Origin: an uncultured Fibrobacteraceae bacterium
GTDB lineage: Bacteria; Krumholzibacteriota; Krumholzibacteriia; LZORAL124-64-63
Length of the DNA: 64,000 nucleotides
Assembly (NCBI GenBank): GCA_964436825.1
Contig: CAYTEO010000010.1
Coordinates: 36-64,035, forward strand
Reading direction: 5' to 3'
Part shown: piece by piece, positions 41,759-51,551 of the stretch
Position numbering within the stretch: the stretch's first letter is position 1
Layout: each line of letters starts with the position of its first letter
Notes under the pieces: model-generated
Seen by the model: the letters and a program-made list of their open reading frames with translations, nothing else
Databases searched by the model: none
Told to the model about the DNA's origin: nothing
Made by a program: the position numbers and the translations under genes

Positions 41759-43930
41759 ATGTCCCGCCTGTCACGGAGTTGGTTGCCGGTATTGGTGCTC
41801 CTGTTGCTGCCTTGTTCCGTCGTCCGCGCCGCTCCCGTCGTGCAGGCCGGTCGCGCGAACGGGGACATCGCCATCGACGGGCGGCTGGACGAGCCGTCCT
41901 GGCGCGAGGCCGGGCGGATCGCGGACCTCGTCCAGCAGGATCCCCGTCCGGGCGAGCCGACCCCCTACCGGACCGAGGTGCTGGTCCTGGTCGATCCCGG
42001 CGGGCTGACCTTCGGCTTCGTCTGCCACGATCCCCACCCGGAGCGGATCGCCGTCCACACGATGCAGCGCGACGGCGTGCTGCGGGGGGACGACGCCGTC
42101 ACCATCGTCCTGGATCCCTTCGGGGACCGCCGGCGCGGCTACTTCTTCAAGATCAACGCCGCGGCGGCCCGCGTCGACGGGCTGATCACCGGTCCCGAGC
42201 AGCTCTCCCTGGACTGGGACGGTATCTGGGACGCCGCCACCAGACGCACTGCCGACGGCTGGTCGGCCGAGATCCGCATCCCCGCCCAGTCCCTCCGCTT
42301 CCCGCCCGGGGAGGACCGGTGGGGCCTGAACGTCGAGCGCTCCGTCGCCCGCGACCGGCTCTACCTGCGCTGGGGGGACATCTCCCTGGACGCGGGGCTG
42401 ATCGACCTGCGCCGGGCCGGCGAGCTGACCGGCGTCGGCATCCTGCGCCAGGGACTGGGGATCTCCGTCAGTCCCTACGGCATCGTCCGCGCCGACAAGG
42501 GGGACGGGGAGAGTTCCTACACCACGACCGGCGACGTCGGCGGCGATCTCACCTGGAACCTGACCCCGGAGCTGAGCGCCGTCGTGACGGCCAACACCGA
42601 CTTCGCCGAGACCGAGGTCGACACGCGGCAGATCAACCTGACCCGCTTCCCCCTCTTCTTCCCCGAGAAGCGATCGTTCTTCCTGGAGGGGTCGGAGCAG
42701 TTCTCCTTCGGTGTCGGGCTGGGACGCGACTTCCTGCCCTTCTTCTCCCGTCGCGTCGGCCTGTACGAGGGGGAGCAGGTCCCCCTCGACGTGGGGATGA
42801 AGCTGCTGGGGCGCAGCGGCCGGTGGGGGATCGGCCTGCTGGGCGCGCACACGGGGGCGACCTCCCTGACCGGCGAGGCTGACCTGTTCGCCGGGCGGGT
42901 GACCTGCGATCTCGACCGTCACCTGACGGTGGGGGCCATCGTCACCGACGGCGATCCCGACGGCGTCTCCGACAACACCCTGGTCGGGGCGGACGCCGTG
43001 TGGCAGACCTCGACCCTGGGCGGGGACAAGAACTTCGCCGTGGGGGGGTGGGCCGCGTGGAGCCGGGGCGACGTGCCGCCGGACCGCCGCTACGGCTGGG
43101 GAGTGAAGGTGGACTACCCCAACGACCTGTGGGACGCGTTCCTGATCTACCGCGAGTTCGGCGACGGCCTGGACCCGGCCCTCGGTTTCCTGCCCCGGCC
43201 GGGGACCCGGTGGCTGATGGCCGGGGCGGCCTACCAGCCGCGGCCGGACGGGGGCATGTTCGACTGGGTCCGGCAGTTCTACTTCGAGTTCTACCCGCGG
43301 ATCGTCTGGGACCTGGACGGCGGGACGCAGTCGTGGCGGATCTTCACCGCCCCGTTCAACGCGCAGACCGAGTCGGGGGAGCACCTGGAGGCCAACTACG
43401 TGCCGCAGTACGAGCGGCTGGACGAGCCGTTCGAGGTGGCCGACGGGGTGGTCATCCCGGCCGGCGGCTACCGGTTCACCCGCTTCCGCGTGGAGGCGCA
43501 GACGTCGCGGCACCGGCCGGTGCGTGTCGGCTCGACGGTCTGGTTCGGCGACTTCTACACCGGGACGCTGACCCAGTGGGAGAGCTTCGTCACCTACGCC
43601 TCCGGCGGCGGGCACCTGCAGCTGAGCCTCAGCGCGGAGAACGACTTCGGCGACCTGCCGCAGGGCACGTTCACCCAGCGGCTCTACCAGCTCCGTGTGG
43701 TCTACGCCTTCACGCCCGACCTGATCCTCTCCAGCTACGCGCAGTACGACTCGGAATCGAGGGATGTGGGGCTGAACACACGCCTGCGCTGGACCCTGCA
43801 ACCGGGCAACGACCTCTACCTGGTCTGGAGCCGCACGCTCCACCGGCCGCTAGACCCGGACGGCTGGGACCTGCTGCGCACCCGGGACGACCACCTTGCG
43901 CTGAAGCTGCGCTGGACGTTCCGGCGCTGA
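41759..43930 (+). CDS. Secreted DUF5916/CBM9-like domain protein (probable outer-membrane beta-barrel with an N-terminal carbohydrate-binding-like domain)
   Basis: ATG 41759 with AAAGGA upstream. Signal MSRLSRSWLPVLVLLLLPCSVVRA. N-terminus DGRLDEPSW...GYFFKIN (CBM9-like). The C-terminal half is rich in alternating beta-strand pattern and ends with an aromatic residue (RWTFRR). Confidence 0.6.
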   Translation: MSRLSRSWLPVLVLLLLPCSVVRAAPVVQAGRANGDIAIDGRLDEPSWREAGRIADLVQQDPRPGEPTPYRTEVLVLVDPGGLTFGFVCHDPHPERIAVHTMQRDGVLRGDDAVTIVLDPFGDRRRGYFFKINAAAARVDGLITGPEQLSLDWDGIWDAATRRTADGWSAEIRIPAQSLRFPPGEDRWGLNVERSVARDRLYLRWGDISLDAGLIDLRRAGELTGVGILRQGLGISVSPYGIVRADKGDGESSYTTTGDVGGDLTWNLTPELSAVVTANTDFAETEVDTRQINLTRFPLFFPEKRSFFLEGSEQFSFGVGLGRDFLPFFSRRVGLYEGEQVPLDVGMKLLGRSGRWGIGLLGAHTGATSLTGEADLFAGRVTCDLDRHLTVGAIVTDGDPDGVSDNTLVGADAVWQTSTLGGDKNFAVGGWAAWSRGDVPPDRRYGWGVKVDYPNDLWDAFLIYREFGDGLDPALGFLPRPGTRWLMAGAAYQPRPDGGMFDWVRQFYFEFYPRIVWDLDGGTQSWRIFTAPFNAQTESGEHLEANYVPQYERLDEPFEVADGVVIPAGGYRFTRFRVEAQTSRHRPVRVGSTVWFGDFYTGTLTQWESFVTYASGGGHLQLSLSAENDFGDLPQGTFTQRLYQLRVVYAFTPDLILSSYAQYDSESRDVGLNTRLRWTLQPGNDLYLVWSRTLHRPLDPDGWDLLRTRDDHLALKLRWTFRR

Positions 43931-44002
43931 GGTCTGCCCGGCGGACAGACGAGATGGACGCGGGACGCGACCCGGGGGGAGCTTCCCTGTCTCGCGGCGC
44001 CG

Positions 44003-44095
44003 TCAGAACAGCGCCGCGATGAGCATGACGATGGCCCCCACCGTGACGATCGCCGTCAGCAGATAGAAACAGAAAGCGAGACGGCAGCGGATCAT
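44003..44095 (-). CDS. 30-aa hydrophobic mini-protein (MIRCRLAFCFYLLTAIVTVGAIVMLIAALF). Candidate small membrane peptide or type I toxin-like.
   Basis: It is not in the track. A perfect AGGAGG lies 6 nt upstream of ATG. It has a single predicted TM helix. It lies in an AT-rich pocket (44110-44215) with a TAGAAT -10-like hexamer (plus-strand attcta 44132-44137). Confidence 0.45.
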   Translation of the reverse strand: MIRCRLAFCFYLLTAIVTVGAIVMLIAALF

Positions 44096-44219
44096 GGAGA
44101 CCTCCTCTTTGGAATGGGGTCACCTGTGTTCCTATGGATACATTCTAGCATCATTGCATAGTAAAACGGTAGGATTAATCCATGTCCCACCCATGATGTC
44201 CGGTCGTCCGGGCGGTCTG

Positions 44220-44879
44220 CTAGCCCGCCTGCCTCCGGGCCGCCCTCTTCAGCTTGTCGTTGGCCATCACGGCGATGTCGACCCGCCGGTTCAGGCGCCG
44301 CCCCTCGACCGTCGCGTTGTCGGCGACGGGCTGGGACTCGCCGTAGCCCATGATCGTGAAGCGGGTGGCGTCGACGCCGAGCTGTGCCAGGAAGTTGGCC
44401 ACGGCCTGGGCGCGGGCGCGGCTCAGGACCAGGTTGTGCTCCTCGCTGCCGGTGCTGTCGGTGTGGCCCTCGATCAGGATGTTCGTGTCGGGGTACTTCC
44501 GGAGGATCGTCGCCAGCTGGCGGAGGTTCTCCCGGGCGGCCGGTTGCAGCTCGGCCCGGTCGATGTCGAACAGGATCCCGGAGTCGAAGGTGATCTTGAT
44601 CCCCTCGCCCACGCGCTCGATGCGGGCCCCCCGGAGGTCGCGTTCCATCTCGGCGGCCTGGCGGTCCATGTAGCTGCCGATGTAGGCGCCGGCCGCGCCG
44701 CCCACGGCGGCGCCGATGATGGCGCCCAGCAGGGTGTTGCCGCTCTGCTTGCCGATGGCCGCCCCCACGGCGGCACCGCCGGCCGCGCCGTAGGCGGCTC
44801 CCGTGCCCTTGTGCGTCGCGCAGCCGGTGACGCCGAGCAGCAGCGCGAACAGCAGGAACAGCGCGATCAGTCGTCTCAT
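44220..44879 (-). CDS. OmpA-family lipoprotein (glycine-zipper region and OmpA C-terminal peptidoglycan-binding domain)
   Basis: Internal ATG 44879 with GGGAGG upstream. Lipobox LLLGVTGCA. Gly-zipper AAVGAAIG...GAIIGAAVGGAAGAYIG. OmpA-C motifs TDSTGSEEHNLVLSRARAQAV and NRRVDI. Confidence 0.8.
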   Translation of the reverse strand: MRRLIALFLLFALLLGVTGCATHKGTGAAYGAAGGAAVGAAIGKQSGNTLLGAIIGAAVGGAAGAYIGSYMDRQAAEMERDLRGARIERVGEGIKITFDSGILFDIDRAELQPAARENLRQLATILRKYPDTNILIEGHTDSTGSEEHNLVLSRARAQAVANFLAQLGVDATRFTIMGYGESQPVADNATVEGRRLNRRVDIAVMANDKLKRAARRQAG

Positions 44880-44932
44880 CCCGCATCCTCCCGTCTGTTC
44901 CGTTGTATCCCGCCCCGCGTGCGCGGGAGCGG

Positions 44933-45859
44933 TCAGGTGACGTGGAAGCAGAGCAGCCATCCCACCACCGTCACCAGCGACAGCAGCGTCGTGCCGATGA
45001 CGATGGCGCCGGCCAGCCGTCCGTCGCCGCCCATCTCCCGGGCCATGATGAAGCTGACCACGGCCGTCGGCGAGGCGGCCAGCAGCACCGGTGCCTGCAG
45101 GGCCGTCCCCTCCATTCCCAGGTGGTGCAGGCCGGCCCATACCAGGGCAGGATAGACGATCAGCTTGACGGAAGCGACGCCCAGGGCCGGGCCCAGCTCC
45201 AGGCGCAGCCGGCCCGGGTCCAGGTCGGCTCCCAGGGCCAGCAGCGCCAGCGGCAGGGCCGTGCGCCCCACCAGCTCCAGGGAGCGATCCACCGCCCACG
45301 GCAGGGTGACGTGCAGCGAGGAGAGAAGGACCCCGCCCGCGCAGCCCAGGATCAGGGGGTTACGGGCCATCCGCGCCAGGGTGTCGCGCCAGACCGCCGC
45401 GTCGCGGGCGCTGACCCCGCGGTGGGGCAACGTCAGCAGCAGGACGGCCAGCAGGTTGTAGACGATGACCGTGAACCCGATCAGCAGGGCGACGACGCCC
45501 ACGGCCTGCTCGCCATAGGCGTTGACGACGACCGGCAGGCCGAAGAACACCATGTTGCTGCGGTGGGCCCCCTGGGCCAGGACGCCGCGCCGCGACGGCC
45601 GCGCGCTGCGGACCGCCAGGTAGGTCGCCGCCGCCACCAGGGCGCTGGCGCCGGCCATCGTTCCGATGACCGGCAGCTGGACGCCCAGGTCCAGCGGCGT
45701 GCGGGCCAGGCTGCGCAGCAGCAGCAGCGGCGCCGCCACGTAGAAGACCAGCCGCGACAGTCCCGCGACGGTCTCCGGCGCCAGGAACCTGCGGACCCGC
45801 AGCCACCAGCCCAGGCCGATGACCAGGAAGACGGGCAGGACGATGTTGACGGTCGTCAC
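44933..45859 (-). CDS. AEC-family (auxin efflux carrier / malate permease-like) membrane transporter
   Basis: GTG start. About 308 aa with 10 predicted TM segments in the typical 5+5 AEC arrangement. Confidence 0.65.
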   Translation of the reverse strand: MTTVNIVLPVFLVIGLGWWLRVRRFLAPETVAGLSRLVFYVAAPLLLLRSLARTPLDLGVQLPVIGTMAGASALVAAATYLAVRSARPSRRGVLAQGAHRSNMVFFGLPVVVNAYGEQAVGVVALLIGFTVIVYNLLAVLLLTLPHRGVSARDAAVWRDTLARMARNPLILGCAGGVLLSSLHVTLPWAVDRSLELVGRTALPLALLALGADLDPGRLRLELGPALGVASVKLIVYPALVWAGLHHLGMEGTALQAPVLLAASPTAVVSFIMAREMGGDGRLAGAIVIGTTLLSLVTVVGWLLCFHVT

Positions 45860-45884
45860 GGCAGCCTCTCCCGCATGGAGCGGT

Positions 45885-46790
45885 TCAGTGATGCCCAGGC
45901 GGCATCTTCTCGCCGGCGGTCACCGCCACCGGCAACCGGTTCTCCGCCGGCGGCAGGGGGCAGGTGGCGTAGTCGGTGAAGGCGCAGGGCGGGGTGTAGG
46001 CCCGGTTGAAGTCCAGGACGACGGTGCCGTCCGGCGCCACCGGGTCGGTCTCCAGGAACCGGCCTCCGCCGTAGGTCTCCCGTCCCGTCGTCGCGTCGGC
46101 GAAGACCAGGAACAGCCCCTCGCGCGGGTCGCCCAGCGGCGTCAGGCGGCAGTCGCGACCGGCGAGGGAGAAGCGCAGGACGCCGGGGGTCGGCTCGGGC
46201 GACTCCTGGCCGATGGCGTTGGCCACCAGGACCGTCCCGGCGGCCGCCGTGTCCAGCCGGGCGACGACCCGCCAGCGCGCGTCGACGGGGTAGCGGGGGA
46301 TGCCGGCGAACAGGCGTCGCCGCTCGCTGTCGCGGTCCTTGACCCGCAGCAGGTAGCGGTCGCCCCGGGCGATGACGTACAGCAGGAGCGGGCCGGTGCG
46401 CAGGACGGTCGGCTCGCCGTCGCGGTCGCTCCGCAGGGTGACCGGTCCGGCCAGCGGCACGGTGTCGTCGCCCGCGGTGACGGCGACCCCCGCCGCGGGA
46501 GTGAACCGGAGCGTGTCGCCGGTGATCGCCAGCGTCCCGAGCCGCGGCGGCGCCTTGGCCACCAGGCGCACGTCCCGGTCCGGGGCCGAGCCCAGGGTCT
46601 GGACTCCGGGGCGCAGGTCGTGCAGGCCCACCAGGGTCAGCCAGCCGGTCTCGGCGGTCAGGCGGGCGAGCCGCCGGGCGTGCCAGGCGTCGACCCGGGC
46701 CACGTAGTCGGGATCGGTGGCCGGCGCGTGGCGGCAGGCGGCCGGCGCCAGCAACGGGAGCAGGGCAAGGAGCAGGAACCGGCGCCGCAT
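45885..46790 (-). CDS. DUF1684-domain protein (secreted or lipoprotein)
   Basis: Internal ATG 46790 with GGGAGG upstream. Signal MRRRFLLLALLPLLAPAAC. The conserved C-terminus FNRAYTPPCAF...CPLPP is typical of DUF1684. The upstream 140-codon extension was rejected. Confidence 0.6.
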   Translation of the reverse strand: MRRRFLLLALLPLLAPAACRHAPATDPDYVARVDAWHARRLARLTAETGWLTLVGLHDLRPGVQTLGSAPDRDVRLVAKAPPRLGTLAITGDTLRFTPAAGVAVTAGDDTVPLAGPVTLRSDRDGEPTVLRTGPLLLYVIARGDRYLLRVKDRDSERRRLFAGIPRYPVDARWRVVARLDTAAAGTVLVANAIGQESPEPTPGVLRFSLAGRDCRLTPLGDPREGLFLVFADATTGRETYGGGRFLETDPVAPDGTVVLDFNRAYTPPCAFTDYATCPLPPAENRLPVAVTAGEKMPPGHH

Positions 46791-46792
46791 CG

Positions 46793-47635
46793 TCACGCCT
46801 CCCCGCCGGCGGCCGGACGGGCCAGCCACGGGCCGTACAGCTCCGGCCGCCGGTGTCGCAGGAAGAGTTGCCGGGCGTGGGAGAGGGGCACCTCGCCCAG
46901 GGCGATGTCGCACAGCAGCGTCTCCTCCCCGTCGCCGGCACGGGCCACGACGCGGCCGTCGGGGGCGCAGACGAACGACCCGCCGGCGAAGGTCAACCGC
47001 TCTTCCGGTCCTACCCGGTTGCACAGGGCGGTGAAATAGCCGTTCTGGAAGGCGGCCACCCGCATCTCCGCCTCGAACAGGCCGTCCGGCCACTCGCCCA
47101 CGGCGCCCGCCTGGGGGACGACGACCAGCTCGGCGCCGTCCAGGGCGAGCGACCGCATCGCCTCGGGAAAGTGGCGGTCGTAGCAGATGGCCACGCCGAT
47201 CCGGCCGCACCGCGTGGCGAAGACCGGCAGGCCGCGGTCCCCGGGCGCGTAGTACCCCTGTTCGTGGAAGCCGTCGTACTCGGTGATGTGGATCATCCGG
47301 GTCGCCCCGAGCAGGGTCCCGTCGGCGTCGATGACCGGCGAGGTGTCGTAGGTCCGCCCGTCGTCGCCCAGCTCGAAGAGGTTCAGGACGACGACCGCGC
47401 CGGTCTCCCGCGCCACCGCGGCGAAGGCCTCGGTCGTCGGCCCGGTGACCGGCTCGGCCAGGAGGCGGGCGTCGGGGCCTGCCGGCCGCTGGGGCCAGAA
47501 CGGGGTGAACGCCAGCTCGGCGAAGCAGATCACCTGCGCGCCGTCGGCGGCGGCGCGGCGGGCCGCGTCCAGGCCGCGGCGGAGGTTCGCCTCGCGGTCG
47601 GGCCCGGCCGGCTGTTGGATGAGGGCGAGTCTCAC
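46793..47635 (-). CDS. Carbon-nitrogen hydrolase (nitrilase superfamily; omega-amidase or N-carbamoyl-amine amidase-like)
   Basis: GTG start with GGGGAGG SD. Catalytic triad context E (ICFAELAF), K and C (GVAICYDRHFPE). Confidence 0.8.
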   Translation of the reverse strand: MRLALIQQPAGPDREANLRRGLDAARRAAADGAQVICFAELAFTPFWPQRPAGPDARLLAEPVTGPTTEAFAAVARETGAVVVLNLFELGDDGRTYDTSPVIDADGTLLGATRMIHITEYDGFHEQGYYAPGDRGLPVFATRCGRIGVAICYDRHFPEAMRSLALDGAELVVVPQAGAVGEWPDGLFEAEMRVAAFQNGYFTALCNRVGPEERLTFAGGSFVCAPDGRVVARAGDGEETLLCDIALGEVPLSHARQLFLRHRRPELYGPWLARPAAGGEA

Positions 47636-47651
47636 GGTTGCCTCCCCGGTC

Positions 47652-48917
47652 TCAGATGAAGCGACGCAGCACCCGGCGGATCGTCATCCCCTGGACGAGG
47701 ATGGAGAACAGGACGACCAGGTAGGTGCAGGTCAGGATGAGCGGTTTCTCCGGGATCGGCGGCAGCGAGAGGGCCAGCGCCACCGAGATGCCGCCGCGCA
47801 GGCCGCTCCAGGTCAGGATCCGGACGACCCCCTCGGAGAACGACAGCCGCAGGCGCAGCAACCCGATGGGCAGCGCGACGCTGAGCCAGCGTGCCGCCAG
47901 GACGATCCCGATGCTCAGCAGTCCCGCCAGGGCGTGGAGGCGGTCGAAGGCGACGACCAGGACCTCGACCCCGATCAGCAGGAACAGGACGGCGTTGAGG
48001 AACTCGTCCAGCAGCTCCCAGAACTTCTCCAGGTAGTCGGTGACGGTGGGGCTCATGGCGAAGGCGCGGCCCCGGTTGCCGATCAGCAGGCCGGCGGTCA
48101 CCATGGCGATGGGACCGGAGACGTGCAGCGTCTCGGCCAGGCTGTAGCCGCCCATGACCAGGCCCAGGGTGATCAGGACCTCCACCTTGTAGTCGTCGAT
48201 GGCCAGCATCATCCGGTAGGCGACGTACCCGGCCGCCAGCCCCAGCAGGCCGCCGCCGCCGGCCTCGCGCAGGAAGAACAGCAGGATGTCCCAGGGGCCG
48301 GCCAGGGCCGGATGACCGCCGACGGCCGGGTGCCCGGGCGTCTCCGGCAGCATGGCCAGCAGGGCGGTGAAGACGACGACCGCGACCCCGTCGTTGAACA
48401 GGGACTCGCCGGCGATCTTGGCCTCCAGCGACGGCGGGGCGTGGAGGGTCTTCAGGGTGCCCATCACGGCGATCGGATCGGTGGGGGAGATCAGCGCCCC
48501 GAACAGCAGGCAGGCCAGCCAGGAGACGTGCATCCCGAGCAGGGAGAAGACGATCCGTCCCAGCGCCGCGACGACGACCGTCGAGAGCAGCAGGCCGACC
48601 GTCGCCAGCAGGACGATCGTCCAGCGCCGCCGCAGGAAGTACTCCAGGTCCGAGTGCAGGGCACCGGCGAACAGCAGGAACCCCAGCATCCCGTGCATCA
48701 GCGCGGCGTTGAAGTCGATGTTCTCCAGGTAGGCGCGCACCGTGTCGACCAGGTCCAGCGGCGGCCAGAGCCAGTGCAGTCCCATCATGACCAGCGAGAC
48801 GGCCAGGCTGATGGCCAGCAGTCCCACCGTCGGGGGCAGCCGCAGCCAGCGCGAGTTCAGGAACCCGAAGACGGCGGCCAGCGTCAGCAGGACGGCGGTG
48901 ATGTCGAACAGGGACAT
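47652..48917 (-). CDS. CPA1-family Na+/H+ antiporter (NhaP-type)
   Basis: About 421 aa, polytopic. Motifs LLFGALISPTDP and FNDG are characteristic of NhaP/NHE exchangers. Confidence 0.8.
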   Translation of the reverse strand: MSLFDITAVLLTLAAVFGFLNSRWLRLPPTVGLLAISLAVSLVMMGLHWLWPPLDLVDTVRAYLENIDFNAALMHGMLGFLLFAGALHSDLEYFLRRRWTIVLLATVGLLLSTVVVAALGRIVFSLLGMHVSWLACLLFGALISPTDPIAVMGTLKTLHAPPSLEAKIAGESLFNDGVAVVVFTALLAMLPETPGHPAVGGHPALAGPWDILLFFLREAGGGGLLGLAAGYVAYRMMLAIDDYKVEVLITLGLVMGGYSLAETLHVSGPIAMVTAGLLIGNRGRAFAMSPTVTDYLEKFWELLDEFLNAVLFLLIGVEVLVVAFDRLHALAGLLSIGIVLAARWLSVALPIGLLRLRLSFSEGVVRILTWSGLRGGISVALALSLPPIPEKPLILTCTYLVVLFSILVQGMTIRRVLRRFI

Positions 48918-48982
48918 GGCGTGCTCCGCGGTCGAGGGTGCATCGGCCCGGCGGACAGGTTAGAAGGAGGGAGAGCCGTCCG

Positions 48983-50584
48983 TCAACGTCCCACGATCCG
49001 CAGCAGCCGGCGCAGGATCCCCGGCTGTTCCAGCTCCACCCGGGCCGAGCGCTCCCGCTCGGCGGCCAGCTTCTCCAGGGCCTCCCGGTTGGCGGCGGCC
49101 CGTTCGGCGGCCAGGTCGGCGAGCCGCCGCGGGATCTCCTCGTGCAGCGAGAGCAGGGCACGGAAGGCCTCGGGTCCGAACTCCAGCAGCTCGGCGCCGG
49201 TCGCGACGGTCAGCGTCGCACTGCGCGGCACGCCGGTCAGGGGACTCATCTCCCCCACGACGGTCCCGGGACCGAGGGTGAAGGTGGCCGCGGTCTGGCC
49301 GTCCTGCTCCACCCGGCCGGCCAGCTCGCCGCGTGCGACGACCCAGAACGAGTCGCCCTCGTCGCCCTGGCGGCAGAGGACCTCGCCGTGGGTGAACGGC
49401 AGCCGCCGCACGTGGGGGGCGACCCGGGCCAGGTTCTCCCGCGACAACAGGGGAGTGCCGTCGGCGTCGACCACCAGGGTGCGGCACAGGTCGCTGCGCC
49501 ACAGATCCTCGACGATCCCCTCCAGGTCCTCCCCGGTCGGCGGCAGCCGGCGCTGGTTGTAGACCACGGCCATGAAGTCGTTGAGCAGCTTGTCGCTCAT
49601 GGGGAAGGGGATCTCGATGCCGCGGCGCTTGAACTGGTACCAGATCATCCGGTTGACGTCGCCGTCGATGGGGATGTGGCGGTGGTACTGGTTCGTCCAG
49701 AACTCCAGGCGGTAGTTGATGCCGAAATCCAGGAAGGCGGTGATCATGGCGGCCGGGGCGGGGTTGGCGCGCACCTGGGGGACGCTGCGGGCGGCGGCGA
49801 CCAGCGCCGCGATGACCTCGTCGGGAGCGTCGCTGTAGCTGGCGCCCACCTCGATGACGTGCCGCCGCAGCGGGGTCGGCTCGTTCATGTTGTGGATCTT
49901 CGCCTCGGCCACCCGGGCGTTGGGCAGGATGTACAGGTGCCCGTCCATGGTCCTCAGGCGTGTCTCGCGCCAGTTCGTCTTGACGACCTTCCCTTCCAGC
50001 CCGTCGATGTCGACCCAGACGCCGGGCCGCAGGGAGCGGACCAGGTGCAGGGACATGCCGGCCAGCAGGTTCCCCAGCACGCCCTGCAGCGCGAAGCCGA
50101 CGACGGCGGTGACCAGGGCGGTCGAGGCCAGCAGCGGCCCGATGTCGATTCCCAGCTCGACGCGCAGGACCAGGAAGGCGACGGCCAGCACCAGGACGGC
50201 CCGGATGATGTCCATCAGCAGGTCGGGGACCGGGAACGGCCGGTTGCGCAGGCGGAACAGGAGCTGGACGAATCCCTCGACCAGGGCCAGGGCGGCCAGC
50301 CCGAGCCAGAAGATCTCCCAGGCTGCCAGGTGGTTGGCGTGGCCGGCGAGCCAGGCCACGGCCGCCGGCCAGGAACCGAGCGCCAGCACGACCGCCCGCG
50401 TCACGACGAGGGCCAGGACGGGCCGCGACAGGTGGGCCGCCAAATCGAGCAGCGCTCCCGGGAGCGTGGGCCGGCCGGCGTCACGGTGCAGCCGTCGCCG
50501 CAGCGGAGACGACAGCCCGGTGGCCAGGGTCCAGATCAGGACCAGGACGGACAGCTCTACGATGGCGGGCAGATAGGCGTTCAC
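48983..50584 (-). CDS. MscS-family mechanosensitive channel fused to a C-terminal cyclic-nucleotide-binding domain
   Basis: GTG start with GGAGAAGG SD. MscS core ALQGVLGNLLAGMSLHLVRSLRPGVWVDIDGLEGKV. C-terminal cNMP-binding motifs GEVLCRQGDEGDSFWVVARGEL...GEMSPLTG. Confidence 0.75.
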   Translation of the reverse strand: MNAYLPAIVELSVLVLIWTLATGLSSPLRRRLHRDAGRPTLPGALLDLAAHLSRPVLALVVTRAVVLALGSWPAAVAWLAGHANHLAAWEIFWLGLAALALVEGFVQLLFRLRNRPFPVPDLLMDIIRAVLVLAVAFLVLRVELGIDIGPLLASTALVTAVVGFALQGVLGNLLAGMSLHLVRSLRPGVWVDIDGLEGKVVKTNWRETRLRTMDGHLYILPNARVAEAKIHNMNEPTPLRRHVIEVGASYSDAPDEVIAALVAAARSVPQVRANPAPAAMITAFLDFGINYRLEFWTNQYHRHIPIDGDVNRMIWYQFKRRGIEIPFPMSDKLLNDFMAVVYNQRRLPPTGEDLEGIVEDLWRSDLCRTLVVDADGTPLLSRENLARVAPHVRRLPFTHGEVLCRQGDEGDSFWVVARGELAGRVEQDGQTAATFTLGPGTVVGEMSPLTGVPRSATLTVATGAELLEFGPEAFRALLSLHEEIPRRLADLAAERAAANREALEKLAAERERSARVELEQPGILRRLLRIVGR

Positions 50585-50642
50585 AGCGGGTTCCTTCTCC
50601 CTGACGAGCCGTTCACCGCACAGGTCGCCGGCATCGCGCGGT

Positions 50643-51524
50643 TCACCGGACGGGCAGCTCGATCACCGTGCCCTGACGGGCCAGGGCGGCCCGGCCCCAC
50701 ATCCGTTGCAGATCCCTCTCCCGCGCGGCCAGCACGGCGTCGTCATGAACCGGGGCGTGGTGGGTGATCAGCAGCTGCTCCGCGCCGGCGGTGCGGGCCA
50801 CCTCGACGCACTCGGCGGTCGAGCTGTGCCCCCAGCCGCGGCGCTCCGGCAGCTCGGCGGCGCTGAAGTGGCCGTCCATCACCAGCAGGTCGGCCGGCCG
50901 GGGGGTGCGCAGCAGGGCCAGGAAGGCCTCGCGCTGCGCGTCGTCGGCCGCCGACCACTCCATGTCCGTGGCGAAGACCAGGGCGGCGCCGGTGGCCGGC
51001 TCGTCGATGCGCCAGGCCGTGCAGCCGTCGGGGTGGGGGACGGCGACGCCGCGGATCTCCAGGCCGCCGCAGTGCAGCACGGGACGCGCCGGATCCAGCT
51101 CGCCGGGGTCGAGGGTCGTGGTCGTCACCCGGGCCGGCATCTCGTCCAGGCCGAACGGCCACAGCGGCGGCGACAGCAGCCTTTCCAGGGCCGCCGCGGG
51201 CGAAGCCCCCTCGTGGGCGACGGCGGCGATCTCCACCCGCCACGCGGCGTCGAACAGGGGCGCCAGCAGCGGCAGGCCCAGCAGGTGGTCCAGGTGGAGG
51301 TGGGTCATCAGCAGGAGCAGGTCACAGGAGGACTCCCGCCCGTCCCCGTGGTCGGCGCACGTCAGGTGCGGGTTGACGGTGTGGACGCCGCTGCCGGCGT
51401 CCAGCAGCAGGTGCGTGCCGTCCTCGCCGGTCACCAGGACGCACGTCGTGTGGCCGCCGTAGCCGACGAACTCAGGTTCGGTGCGCGGCGTCGTCCCCCG
51501 CACGCCGCCCAGCAGGATCCTCAT
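50643..51524 (-). CDS. MBL-fold metallo-hydrolase
   Basis: His motif LLLLMTHLHLDHLLG (HxHxDH), plus downstream His/Asp ligands. Confidence 0.75.
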   Translation of the reverse strand: MRILLGGVRGTTPRTEPEFVGYGGHTTCVLVTGEDGTHLLLDAGSGVHTVNPHLTCADHGDGRESSCDLLLLMTHLHLDHLLGLPLLAPLFDAAWRVEIAAVAHEGASPAAALERLLSPPLWPFGLDEMPARVTTTTLDPGELDPARPVLHCGGLEIRGVAVPHPDGCTAWRIDEPATGAALVFATDMEWSAADDAQREAFLALLRTPRPADLLVMDGHFSAAELPERRGWGHSSTAECVEVARTAGAEQLLITHHAPVHDDAVLAARERDLQRMWGRAALARQGTVIELPVR

Positions 51525-51551
51525 CCCGGCCCCTCTCGTCTCCCCAGCGGT

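Noticed and set aside
38913-42008. 1031-aa plus-strand ORF opposite the S9 peptidase
   Set aside because: A Gly/Ala/Val/Pro/Asp-rich shadow frame. The minus-strand frame has GxSxGG and a signal peptide.
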